DNA of 32,000 nucleotides from Promethearchaeota archaeon (GCA_030606485.1 JAUWGH010000001.1:540001-572000), one strand, 5' to 3'; shown: positions 1 through 10,343, counted from the first letter of the stretch. Numbers and translations are program-made. Notes: generated by a model not told the origin, from the letters alone.

Positions 1-1197
1 CTCAGATAATAACCCCCTACAAATCCTGGCAATGCCATTCTGTTTCTAGGATAACCTTCAGTAGCTGCTTTTATGATCTTTACCGTATTAAGGTTAAATT
101 TATCACAAATAAAAACTAATTCATTAGCAAAAGCAAAACTAACATCTCTAAAAGAATTATTTATTAATTTTATCATTTCAGCTTCCTCTAAGGAATCAAC
201 AGCAATGATATGGGGGGGCAAGATTCCTAAAAAAATTAGATGCCTCATTCACACACTTTTTACTAAAACCACCAATAATTTGAGGCAATGACTTTAATTC
301 TTCTAAAGCTTTACCTTCAACAGTTCTTTCTGGAGGAAAAGCCAAGTAAAAATCTTCTCCACAGATTAAATTTGATTCCTTTTCTAGAATAGGAAGAACT
401 ACGTTTCTACATATTCCTACTGGAACATTTGAACGATTAATAACTAAATCATCTACCTTAAGAAATTTACCAATCATAGAACTTACTTGCTTTATAGAAT
501 CAAGATTAGCTTTACGATCATTGCCGACAAGCGTTCCTACACTTATTATATAAATATCATTATTATTAGTTGTTATTTCAGTATTTACAAAGAGATTTTT
601 GTTTATGTTTCTTTTTAATATATAATCTAAATTTTTCTCATGAAAATGAGGATTTCCATTATTAATTTTATTTACAATATTTTCATTAATCTCTATTCCT
701 GTTACATTAAATCCAATATCAGCTAAAGAAACTGCTAATGTTAAACCTACAAATCCCATTCCAACAATGCAAACATTCTTAAGTCTAATATCTGATTTTC
801 TCCAAATCTCAAAAAAAGTAAGAACATCAACGACTTTATTATCCTTATCAACAACAACTATTTTATCAACTTTTCTCTGATGTAGCCGTTTTTTTTTAAT
901 CGCCTTACTTACTTTATTATTTATCATTTTTAACATAGAATTAGGGTACATGGAAGATAATACAGTTATAGGTTCCTTAACCATGATTTCTGATACTTTA
1001 TTATTAATATCTATCCCTCTTATTATTGCTCTTCGAATATCACCATCTGTTACAACGCCGAGTAATTCTTTTTCTTCATTAACTATTAGAGCAATTCCAC
1101 TTGGCAAACCTAACTTAGGTACTGCATTGATCTTCTTCATAACTTCTTTTATTGCTAAGTCTGGGTTCACCATTATTTCATCAATATTTTTTCTCAT
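1..1197 (-). pseudogene. CBS-pair + UDP-glucose/GDP-mannose dehydrogenase family (UDP-ManNAc dehydrogenase-like) fusion, frameshifted, runs off the window start
   Basis: N-terminal CBS pair (LLGVVTDGDIRRAII), then Rossmann motif IVGMGFVG, ISVGT and PERTVEG. The tracked ORF ends LAPPYHCC* at a G7 run (212-218). Removing one base restores IIAVDSLEEAEMIKLINNSFRDVSFAFANEL...PGFVGGYYL to the window edge. Confidence 0.85.
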
Positions 1198-1348
1198 CTT
1201 AGGACTCTTTCATCTTGTAAAGGCAATTTGATCTAAATTTTTTTTTTAAAAATATCTTCTATATTTTTAGAATAATTCGGTTAATAAATTTTTTATATAA
1301 ATTAATTTTTAAACGATTAATTAAGTTTCAGGTTTTTTTCATTCTCAT

Positions 1349-2272
1349 TTAAATTAAATTTATAAATAGATCTTCAAGTGTTAATTCCTGTTCTTTTAAG
1401 GTTAAAACATCATAATTTCCTAAAACTGAAAGCAAATTCTTAAAATATTTTCGACTTTCAATTGTAACCATCAATCCATGACTTGATTCATATATCTCCT
1501 TTATATAATTTTGATTACACAAGTCTTTTTTTAATTCATTTATTTTATGATTAATTGATATTTCAAATTGAATTTTTGATTGCATTGCTTTTGTTATATC
1601 TTCCTTAGTACCTATTTTAATTATTTTCCCTTCGTTTATGAATCCTATACGATCACATAATTTTTCTACAAACGACATGTCATGACTCGTTAAAATTATT
1701 GTGCTATCAACATTTTTTAATTTCTCAATGAGATATTTTTTTAACTTAACATCTAAACCTAAAGAAGGTTCATCTAATAATAATAACTTCCGATTTAATA
1801 AAAGTGTTCTACATAAAGCTAGTTTCATTTTCATTCCACTGGAATATTTTTCTACATATTGGTCTAACCAATTTTCTAATCCAAATTGTTCTGCCATGTT
1901 ATAAATCTTTTCTTTATAATTTGGTATTTTATATATTTTACAGAAAAATTTGAGATTATCATATCCAGTTATTCTATAATATATCATCTCTCTCCCTAAC
2001 ATTAACGCAATCCTTGATTTTGCTTTTAGTGGTTTTTTAAGTATATTAAAACCGTCTATTATTGCATACCCACTTGTCGGCTGGATTGCTGTTGTCAGAA
2101 TTTGTATCATCGTTGTTTTCCCTGCGCCATTAGGTCCTAATAGCCCAAAAATTTCTCCTTCCTTTATTGATATATTGATATTATCTAATGCCTTTATTTT
2201 TCCCTTCTTGCCTTTTAGTTTATAAATCTTAGTTAAATCAAAAGTTTCAACAATATTCGAATCTGATATCAT
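1349..2272 (-). CDS. ABC-2 type (DrrA-like) transporter ATP-binding subunit
   Basis: Walker A GPNGAGKTT, signature YSSGM, Walker B LLLDEP, H-loop TSH. Confidence 0.95.
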   Translation of the reverse strand: MISDSNIVETFDLTKIYKLKGKKGKIKALDNINISIKEGEIFGLLGPNGAGKTTMIQILTTAIQPTSGYAIIDGFNILKKPLKAKSRIALMLGREMIYYRITGYDNLKFFCKIYKIPNYKEKIYNMAEQFGLENWLDQYVEKYSSGMKMKLALCRTLLLNRKLLLLDEPSLGLDVKLKKYLIEKLKNVDSTIILTSHDMSFVEKLCDRIGFINEGKIIKIGTKEDITKAMQSKIQFEISINHKINELKKDLCNQNYIKEIYESSHGLMVTIESRKYFKNLLSVLGNYDVLTLKEQELTLEDLFINLI

Positions 2273-2277
2273 TTTTC

Positions 2278-3099
2278 TTAATACCCTATAATACCATATT
2301 TATTAAAAATAAAATTAAAAATCCAAAGACCAATTAAAGGAAGTATAACTGCGCCTCCAACTATTAGGAATACGTGAAAGGGGTGTGTAACAATTGACAG
2401 AAAAATATCATCATATATCCAAATTACTCTTATAAAATCAAATAGATAATAAAAAGGATCAAAAATTACGAAAGCTTGAAAATTCTCTGGAAAAAACTCA
2501 AAGGGATAACTAAGGCAGCTAAATATATATATAATACTTATACCTAAATTTACTAAAGGAGTTAGAGATGGTTTTGAGATCGCAAGAGCGCCTAAAAAGA
2601 GTCCTATACCACTGAAAATTAATGCAATGAAAAAATAAAAAATAAATAAAGAAATTATCGATAGAATAGATATAGGTAAGATAATTAAAGATAAGATAAA
2701 AAAGATAGTAAAAGGTACAGCATTTATTATCATATGAGTAAAATAGATTCCAAAAACTAGATTTCTTCGATTAAAAGGAGCAATAATAATTGCGTAAAGT
2801 GTTTTCCAAACTTTTTCTGTAGCAAATTGACTTGGAAATCTACCTCTAATTTTCACTACTATATTTATTTGATATGCTGTCAGGATATATACAGCAAAAT
2901 TTTGAGCAGTCCATGGTCCAAAATTTTCATTAAACGTAAAAATCTGTCCCATAATAACTAAGGGTAATATAAAACTTAAAATAGGAGAAATAATACTCAT
3001 TATTACAGGAAGTTTGAATCTTGTATGTAATTTGAGATCCTTTTCTACAACTGCAAATATTTGAGATAAATTATCTTTAATAGCTATAAAATAGTTCAT
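2278..3099 (-). CDS. ABC-2 type transporter permease
   Basis: About six hydrophobic segments, YPFEFFP..FQ...DPFYY C-terminal pattern; lies 5 bp upstream of the ATPase gene on the same strand. Confidence 0.88.
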   Translation of the reverse strand: MNYFIAIKDNLSQIFAVVEKDLKLHTRFKLPVIMSIISPILSFILPLVIMGQIFTFNENFGPWTAQNFAVYILTAYQINIVVKIRGRFPSQFATEKVWKTLYAIIIAPFNRRNLVFGIYFTHMIINAVPFTIFFILSLIILPISILSIISLFIFYFFIALIFSGIGLFLGALAISKPSLTPLVNLGISIIYIFSCLSYPFEFFPENFQAFVIFDPFYYLFDFIRVIWIYDDIFLSIVTHPFHVFLIVGGAVILPLIGLWIFNFIFNKYGIIGY

Positions 3100-3562
3100 T
3101 TAAAGTGAAAACCTATAATCTTTCTATTTATTTCTCATATTAAGATAATAAAAGAATGTTCAACATCTAATTAAGTTTTTAAAATCTTTTATTTCTTAAA
3201 TAATTTCATATTTTAAATCTAATCAATTCTTATATTGTGTTAAGTTGTAAAATTGTATATTTAGTTCATAAAAATAAATATTTCTACATAAAAAAGCTGA
3301 ATTGAAAAGATTATGGTTGAAAAGAAGTGTAATTTTACTAAAACAATAGATAGTCATAAACTAAGTTAAAATTAAAGAAATCTATTAATTGCAATTCTAC
3401 GATAAGAGAATTAAAGAATTGGTAAAATATTAATCAGATTCATTAAAAAATTATTTAATAATTATCTCAATTATTCTTGAAATATCTTGGATTAAGAGAT
3501 ACAAATTTTCTAGATTTAAAATCTTATAAATAAAACTCGAGATTATAATTTATATTGAATAT

Positions 3563-5194
3563 TTATTGATCTCTAAAAATTTCTAGTAACTTTTCATCGA
3601 TAATAAGATCATCTTGTTTTAACTGGAGTAAATTCGTCTCTATGTATCGAGTTTTGGATAATGTTGGCAATTTTATTGCATTCTCAAAGATATACCAATA
3701 AATATATCTAACAATATTTTTGTAGCGTTCTTGATAATTTTTATGAAAATCTTTTAAAGTTTTCTCAATGTTATCTAAATAATCAAAATATTCTTTTTTA
3801 CTTGTAACTATTATATTTCCATTCTCAACAGCAAACATTCCTCCTTTAACACACATAATAGTAGGAATCCTTAAAAAGGGCATCTCAACTGCTAAGAAAC
3901 CATCATAGATTAAACCCAAATCAATCCCACTTTTCAAAAATTCATACGTGTCAATTATTTCTTCAGGTGGAATTAAGGTCACATTATCAATATTGTTCAT
4001 ATCAATATTTTTAGTAATAATATCAACAATTCTGGGAGAATTTTTAAGGACAGTTATTTCGGAGGGATGAGATCTTATATATAATTTTATGTCTGATTTA
4101 TTTTTAATAAAATTAATTGTTGATAGAATCCAATCTCTGTAATCTTCAAAAACTTTGTGTTTATCACAAATATTTCCATCCCAAATTACATTTGGAAATA
4201 GGGAAATATGATATTTATAACCATCGTTCTTATCAACTTTAAAAGAGGTTCTTTTACCTTTATATAAAATTTTTGTATCAGAAGTATTAAAACTTAAACG
4301 AGAAGTGAAATATTGGTTTATTTTATTTTTCATATCTTCTGTAACTGATTTTTGTTTAAAAATTTTCCAATTTTTACTACTTGAAAGAAAAAATACACTT
4401 GAACCAGAAGAAATAAAAATTTCTTTAGGATTAATTGAGTGTCCATGAACAAACGAATAGTGTAAGCATTTTACACCTTTTTTATTTAAATATTCAAATG
4501 GAGGACCCCATGTTGAATAAATAGCGTGGGATGTAATGAAAATATCTGGTCTAATATTGTTATATATAAATTCGGCAACATTTTTACTTAGAATCGCATT
4601 TTTAAGAGATAAATTGTAATAATATTTTACAAATTTATTATTATAATCCAATTCACTTGTTTTAAAAAATCTAATTGTAGAAGATTTTGCATGCTTTTTC
4701 AATTCTTGCCAATTATTCAAGTTAACCTTTCTAAGTACACTACTATAATAAATAATTTTCAAATTTTTGTCTCTGTAAGTTTTTAAAGCTTTCTTAATGA
4801 TGGTTTTTTTGTAAAAATGTGTAATTACAAATTGATTATTAATTAATTTTGGATTATTATATGGATTTAAGTTAGTTCTATTAATTTGATTAATATCTGT
4901 AAGATGATTAACCTGATAGGTTTCCCAATGTAATAAAACACCATCATCTAAAAGAATATAAACTTTTGCGCCATTTAATGCTAATAATTTTCCTAAAAAA
5001 ATTTCTCTGTCGAGAAATTCTCGATCATATCTAACAGGGTTAAAAACAATGCATTTATTTATTTTTTGTTTTCTTTCTACTTTTTTCAAGAGTTTCTTTA
5101 AATGATTATATTCTTTTATTTGATATCTCCAAGAATTAAAATTTCTCTTGTTTAAAGATATAATACTTAAAATAGTTTTTATAATATTTTTCAT
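3563..5194 (-). CDS. Capsule-biosynthesis (KpsS/KpsC-like) GT-B protein, candidate CMP-sugar transferase
   Basis: 543 aa open frame; C-terminal LFPNVIWD, YIRSHPSE and YDGFLAVEMPFLRIPTI resemble the HP-motif capsule-synthesis domain. Confidence 0.6.
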   Translation of the reverse strand: MKNIIKTILSIISLNKRNFNSWRYQIKEYNHLKKLLKKVERKQKINKCIVFNPVRYDREFLDREIFLGKLLALNGAKVYILLDDGVLLHWETYQVNHLTDINQINRTNLNPYNNPKLINNQFVITHFYKKTIIKKALKTYRDKNLKIIYYSSVLRKVNLNNWQELKKHAKSSTIRFFKTSELDYNNKFVKYYYNLSLKNAILSKNVAEFIYNNIRPDIFITSHAIYSTWGPPFEYLNKKGVKCLHYSFVHGHSINPKEIFISSGSSVFFLSSSKNWKIFKQKSVTEDMKNKINQYFTSRLSFNTSDTKILYKGKRTSFKVDKNDGYKYHISLFPNVIWDGNICDKHKVFEDYRDWILSTINFIKNKSDIKLYIRSHPSEITVLKNSPRIVDIITKNIDMNNIDNVTLIPPEEIIDTYEFLKSGIDLGLIYDGFLAVEMPFLRIPTIMCVKGGMFAVENGNIIVTSKKEYFDYLDNIEKTLKDFHKNYQERYKNIVRYIYWYIFENAIKLPTLSKTRYIETNLLQLKQDDLIIDEKLLEIFRDQ

Positions 5195-5489
5195 ATTCAG
5201 ATAAAATATATTACATATTTAATCAATAAAAGGAATTTCTGTTTTCAAATAAATATTCTTAATTATTATCATTTAGAAATATTTATTTTTTTTAAAGAAT
5301 TAATCATATTGAAATTTATAATCAAAAAGGAGTATTTAATAATAATTGTAATCTCCATGTTATATTAAATGACGTATTTTTTCAAAAAAAACTTTAAAAT
5401 CAGCAATATATTATTGACATTAGATTAAAATTCATAAATCTTAAAACATGTGAATAAAACTGAATACTGTTAAAAAGTTAATAACTAAA

Positions 5490-6296
5490 TTGATTCAATT
5501 TTTAAATAATGAGAATTATTTATTTATTCGAAACATAAGATCTCCCATAAGACAAGTTATTAAAAAATATAATTATGGTTTTTTTCAAAACCTGAAAATG
5601 AGAATAGATCTAATTATAAATACATATCTTTGCTATAAACCAAAGAAATTAACTGTAAAAACAGCATTTTTAGACTATATTATTGATAGAATTTCTGAAC
5701 CTGAAGTAATATTAGATTTAGGTTCTTATGATGCTATGCAAAGTATTGAATTCGCAATCGCATTTCCAAAAGCAAAAATTTATGCTTTTGAATGTAATCC
5801 TGCGAATATAAGAAAATGTCATGATAATATAAAGAATTTTAAAAACATTGAAATAATTCCTAAAGCAGTTTTTAACAAAAATGGAAACATCAAATTTTTT
5901 CCTGTAATCTCAAATCCTGGAGCAAGTAGTTTATTTAAAGCAAGTGGAAAATATGATAAAATAGAAAAATACTCACATGAAGAAATTACTGTTGAAGCGA
6001 TAAGAATAGATACATGGGCAAAAGAAAGAGGAATAAAAAAAATAGATTTAATTTGGTTGGATTTACAAGGTGCAGAATATGAAGCTTTAGAAAGTATCGG
6101 AAATATGATATATTATATAGAAGCTATGTTCATAGAACTTGAACTTAAAGAAATTTATAAAGGTCAGAAATTATTCAAAGATGTCGTGAAATTTCTAAAG
6201 AGTAAGGGTTTTTCTATGATTAAATTTCACACGGTTCTAAAGAAATGGTGGGGTAATGGTGTATTTCTAAATAAAAATCTAATAAATAAAAGTTAA
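5490..6296 (+). CDS. FkbM family SAM-dependent methyltransferase
   Basis: ILDLGSYD, IYAFECNP, IRIDTW, WLDLQGAE motifs; TTG start. Confidence 0.9.
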   Translation: MIQFLNNENYLFIRNIRSPIRQVIKKYNYGFFQNLKMRIDLIINTYLCYKPKKLTVKTAFLDYIIDRISEPEVILDLGSYDAMQSIEFAIAFPKAKIYAFECNPANIRKCHDNIKNFKNIEIIPKAVFNKNGNIKFFPVISNPGASSLFKASGKYDKIEKYSHEEITVEAIRIDTWAKERGIKKIDLIWLDLQGAEYEALESIGNMIYYIEAMFIELELKEIYKGQKLFKDVVKFLKSKGFSMIKFHTVLKKWWGNGVFLNKNLINKS

Positions 6297-6460
6297 TTTA
6301 ATTTTTTTGAAAATATTTATTAAAAATATATGTTTTTACTTTTTAATGAAATAGACTTAAAGTAAAATAATTCTCCTTTCTTTTAAGTAAAATGTCTTGT
6401 ACTCTTACTCCATAATAATTTAATAGGAGATCTTCAAGTAAATTAGTTTTTCTTTACTTA

Positions 6461-7320
6461 CTAATTATTGATTTTTTTATGTATATATCCAATAATTACA
6501 GCACTAGCAGACCAGCGAACATAACTACCATATTTAACATTTGAAATTTTTTTCCATGGTACTTGTTTCCATTTATTATTCTTGGAAACACGTTTTAAAA
6601 AATATCTTTCCGTAAATGGAATTTTATTCTCTCTGTTAAATTATCTAATACTGGATTATGGCCTTTAGGTAAAGTAATTATTATTTTACCGCCTGGTACT
6701 AATAATCGTTTTAGATTATCTATAGCTTTATAAATTTTTAATGGTTCCCTTGGTTGTTCGTCCCAACCGACATGTTCCACTGTAGATATTGTAATTATTA
6801 TGTCATATTTTTTGTTAGGGTTGTAATCTATCACATCTTCATTTAAAACTCCTTTTGATTTTTCATATTTGTCAACAATATCTCTGTCAAAGACGAAAAA
6901 GTTCATTAGAACATTTCCTACTTTCAGTATATTTTTTCCTTTATACTTCTTAACGATTTCCAAAATAATTGGAATCTCAACGCTTCTTTCGTTATCCCAT
7001 GTAATCCAATTTCTGTGATAGAAATAATTATATTTCCTACCATTAAATTTGAAAGTTCTTGTAGTTTTAAAGTTTATATAAAACCATGTCCAGAATTTAT
7101 CATTATTATTTAGCCATGTTGAAAAGACATCATAATTTAAAATAACCCTTATCAATGATTGGATGGTATAATTTAACCCTTTTTCAAAAATATATTTTTT
7201 ACATCTAAAAAAAAAGAGTTTTACATAAAAAAAGATAAATGATAATAAGCCCTTTCTTTTTATTATCTTTTTTATAGTCTCCAACAGATTAATATGATCC
7301 TTAAAATATGTCTGTTTCAT
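6461..7320 (-). pseudogene. Class I SAM-dependent methyltransferase with one-base deletion near 6635
   Basis: VGNVL, DIVDKYE, ISTVEHVGWDE, LLVPGG. Adding one base at TTA-ACA-GAG restores RENKIPFTERYFLKRVSKNNKWKQVPW...IIGYIHKKINN* to TAG at 6461 (860 nt + 1 = 287 codons). Confidence 0.75.
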
Positions 7321-7442
7321 TTTACTTGAGGAAATAATCTTTTATTAATTATTAGAAAAATCCCTACCTTATCAAGAAATACTGCTTCAACAGGAGTCAT
7401 TCTAAAACCTTTTTTCATTAAACACTTTTTTCAGTAAATTAA

Positions 7443-8286
7443 TCAAAAAATATTATCTTTAATAAAAAGCAAATTAGTTTGACTCAATTTACATATTGAA
7501 TCAAAATCTTCAGGGGTAACAATTTTTTCATTGTTTAAATCATAAATTTTATAACCAAAACTAGAAATCTTTTTTAATAGATCTTTTGGATCATGATTTA
7601 ACTTTCTATATAGTGGTGCTGAAAATTCTGAAAGAATAATACATTTTTTCTCTAATAGTTTATTTCCTGCTTTAAACACTTCAAATTCACAACCTTCAAC
7701 ATCAATTTTTACTAAAATTGGCTCAGGTGGATTGTATTTTTCGAGAATTTTATTTAAAGTAGTTGTTTCAATACGAATTTTTCCTTCATATTCAGAAGGA
7801 TGGAATTCATGAAGGGTATGTGCACCTTTATTTTCTCGTGCTATAAATAAATCTGCAAAACCAACTTTTTCTGATAACGCTATTTTTTCCAGATTGGCCT
7901 GTATTCCATTAATTCTCATATTTTTTTGTAAAATGAGAAAATTAATCGGTTCAGGTTCAATAGCAATTACAGGTCCTTTTTTACACATGCTTTCTCCTAT
8001 AGTAACTGTAAAATATCCGATATTTGCTCCAATATCTATAAAAGAATTGCAATAAAAGGAGTATGATTTTAAAATCCAATAAATATTCTGATATAGGGTT
8101 CTATATTTAAAAAGAGATTTCGAAATAAATTTATCATAAGGATTGACGATTAATAAGTGATTTGTTTGTAATTTGATTGGGTTTAAGCCATTTTTTAAAA
8201 AAAGATGGTTCCAATACCATTTATCTAATCTTGGAAAAAATTTTAAAATTGCAAAAATTATTACTTCTATTAGTCGTTTTTTCCAT
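7443..8286 (-). pseudogene. FkbM family methyltransferase; start separated from the body by a +1 shift in an A6 run
   Basis: The frame is open upstream of the tracked ATG and contains FIDIGANIGYF; KIDVEGCE lies downstream. The only nearby ATG (8286) is one base off-frame (ATG GAA AAA A CGA); 844 nt - 1 = 281 codons. A non-ATG start with an intact gene is also possible. Confidence 0.65.
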
Positions 8287-8412
8287 ATCTTTAAAGCGGA
8301 AATTGAAAATCACTTGGAGGAGATTATTAAAAATAATTACTTGTATATGAAAGAAAAGAATCATTTATATTAATATTTATTTCTATTGAAACGACATAGG
8401 CTAAAATTCTCA

Positions 8413-8604
8413 TTAAAAAGAATTTAAGAAAAATATAATGAATGATGAAGTTCTTAAGACCATAAAAGATCTCTTGCTATATCTCATAGTGTAAAAATGT
8501 TTTAAGATTTTCTTTAAGCTTCTCCCTACATTTTTTATATTTTTCTGTTTTATCAGATATTGCGGGGATCGGATATTCTGATAAACAAATGATGTTTTAA
8601 ACAT
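8413..8604 (-). CDS. Short hypothetical ORF, possibly an N-terminal gene fragment
   Basis: 63 aa, co-oriented with neighbours; QNIRSPQYLIK resembles RNIRSPIRQVIK at the N-terminus of the 5490 methyltransferase. Confidence 0.25.
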   Translation of the reverse strand: MFKTSFVYQNIRSPQYLIKQKNIKNVGRSLKKILKHFYTMRYSKRSFMVLRTSSFIIFFLNSF

Positions 8605-8772
8605 TAATATATTTAATATATATTACATTTTTCGAATTTTTTTGTAATACTTAATTTTATAATGCCTTCTAAAATCCACCAGATATAATTTAACTTGGAA
8701 AATATTGTATTAATTTACTCTTTTTATTTATTTAATTTAATTTTTACAAAGCTGATTTATTTTTCATCATAA

Positions 8773-9819
8773 TTAATTTAGCGATTCAATTATTTTTATT
8801 AATCTTTTTTTCAAGGCATAAATTGAAAATCTTTTAATTATTTTGGAATTATCTGATTTGGTTTTTAAATTAATGGTGATTTTCATTTTTGACTTTAAAT
8901 CGTTGATATCATCTCTTTTAAAATATATTGGATAATCCCCTAAAATATCTCTATGAACATATATATTAGACGCGATTATTGGTTTATTAAGGAATGCTGC
9001 TTCAACAGAAGTCATTCCAAACCCTTCAAAAATAGTTGGAGCAACATAAAAGGAGCTTTGGTTAAGAATTTCCATGGTTTTTTCATGATCACTATAGTAA
9101 AAATGAGGGCAATCTAATTTAATTGTTTTATCACTATGATGTCCTAAAACCACAATATTCAATCCTAAATCGTTCGCAGCTTTTACAAAGAGGCTATGGC
9201 GCTTATACCAAATAATTCTACTAATATTTATCGCATCATATTTTATTTTTTTTTTTGGTAAATTTAGTAAATAATCTGAATTAACACATGGATAACATAT
9301 GGTAGTATCTAATCTTAAGAATTTCTTAACTAAATATTGTGTATATTTTGAGAGAGATAAATTTAGATTTGAATACTTTAAGAATCTCCGATAATTCTTA
9401 AGAAAAAATACTCTATTTCTTTGGATCTGATTAAAATAGCTCTGAAAAATTGTTGCGAAAACGTTATAATATTTACTTTTCAAGGGATTGAATCTAAATT
9501 TTTCAGTATAACGGTATAATAATGGATTTTTATGAAATTGATTGAAAAGTACTTGTTTAATATACTTTAAATAAGTATTTAGTTTATGATTTTTATCTAT
9601 TAGCCATGGAGGGATATCTAATACTGAATTTATCAATTTAATGTTATTTTTTTTTATGATTTTTAGCTTTCTATAAATTTCATACATATAAAAGCGACTT
9701 TCTAAGATACAAACATCGATATCAGTTGCAAAATTATTTAATAGAACTTCATGTCCTTCCTCTTTTAACAATTCCGTTATATATGGTAAATAATATTGTC
9801 CATAAATACTTATTTTCAT
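8773..9819 (-). CDS. GT4-like glycosyltransferase (GT-B)
   Basis: SRIIWYKR and YVAPTIFEGFGMTSVEAAFLNKPIIASN, matching the EGFG-x4-EA pattern. Confidence 0.88.
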   Translation of the reverse strand: MKISIYGQYYLPYITELLKEEGHEVLLNNFATDIDVCILESRFYMYEIYRKLKIIKKNNIKLINSVLDIPPWLIDKNHKLNTYLKYIKQVLFNQFHKNPLLYRYTEKFRFNPLKSKYYNVFATIFQSYFNQIQRNRVFFLKNYRRFLKYSNLNLSLSKYTQYLVKKFLRLDTTICYPCVNSDYLLNLPKKKIKYDAINISRIIWYKRHSLFVKAANDLGLNIVVLGHHSDKTIKLDCPHFYYSDHEKTMEILNQSSFYVAPTIFEGFGMTSVEAAFLNKPIIASNIYVHRDILGDYPIYFKRDDINDLKSKMKITINLKTKSDNSKIIKRFSIYALKKRLIKIIESLN

Positions 9820-10104
9820 AATATCTCAAAAAAATCAAATACAATATATTTTAATAATTACCATCTACGTGCTTTTTTAAACTCAAATATGGGTTCTTTT
9901 TTTGATAAAATTTTATCAACTTTGATTGAATTAAAAATTCTGTTCATTTTTATTTAAATTTGTTTAATATAAAATAAGAGATTCTTAATAAGAGTAAGTA
10001 TTTCACGTATGCTATTGAAAAAATTTTGGTCCATCGTAGTAGTATTTTATTTATATAATTATATTTTTAAATTTCATAGGAGGGGCATTAATTCGTTGTA
10101 TCTT

Positions 10105-10266
10105 TTATTCTTTAAACTTTGAAGGTGGTGCTTTAATTTGCTCTTTTTCTTTATTAATTTCTAGTAATTCTGGTTTTTTATGCAATAGAGTCATGATTTC
10201 TTTAAAATTAAAAATTTCTCCCTCTTTATATAATTCATTGAAATTTTTTTTAGATAATTCGTAATC
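10105..10266 (-). pseudogene. 3' relic of a second SpsF-like cytidylyltransferase
   Basis: Translates DYELSKKNFNELYKEGEIFNFKEIMTLLHKKPELLEINKEKEQIKAPPSKFKE*; 31 of 53 residues identical by hand count to the C-terminus of the 12718-13458 protein. Confidence 0.85.
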
Positions 10267-10343
10267 TAGTATAAATATCTTTAATCTATTTTAATTTTAT
10301 TATCTTATAAAATAAGTACTTAATAGAAAATTCCTGATAATAT

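Noticed and set aside
73-1904. Plus-strand ORFs 73-291, 950-1231 and 1701-1904
   Set aside because: Antisense shadows of motif-supported genes.
3100-3562. Possible gene relic or structured RNA in the 460-bp spacer
   Set aside because: No frame gave a recognisable motif, and I saw no convincing stem-loop or repeat.
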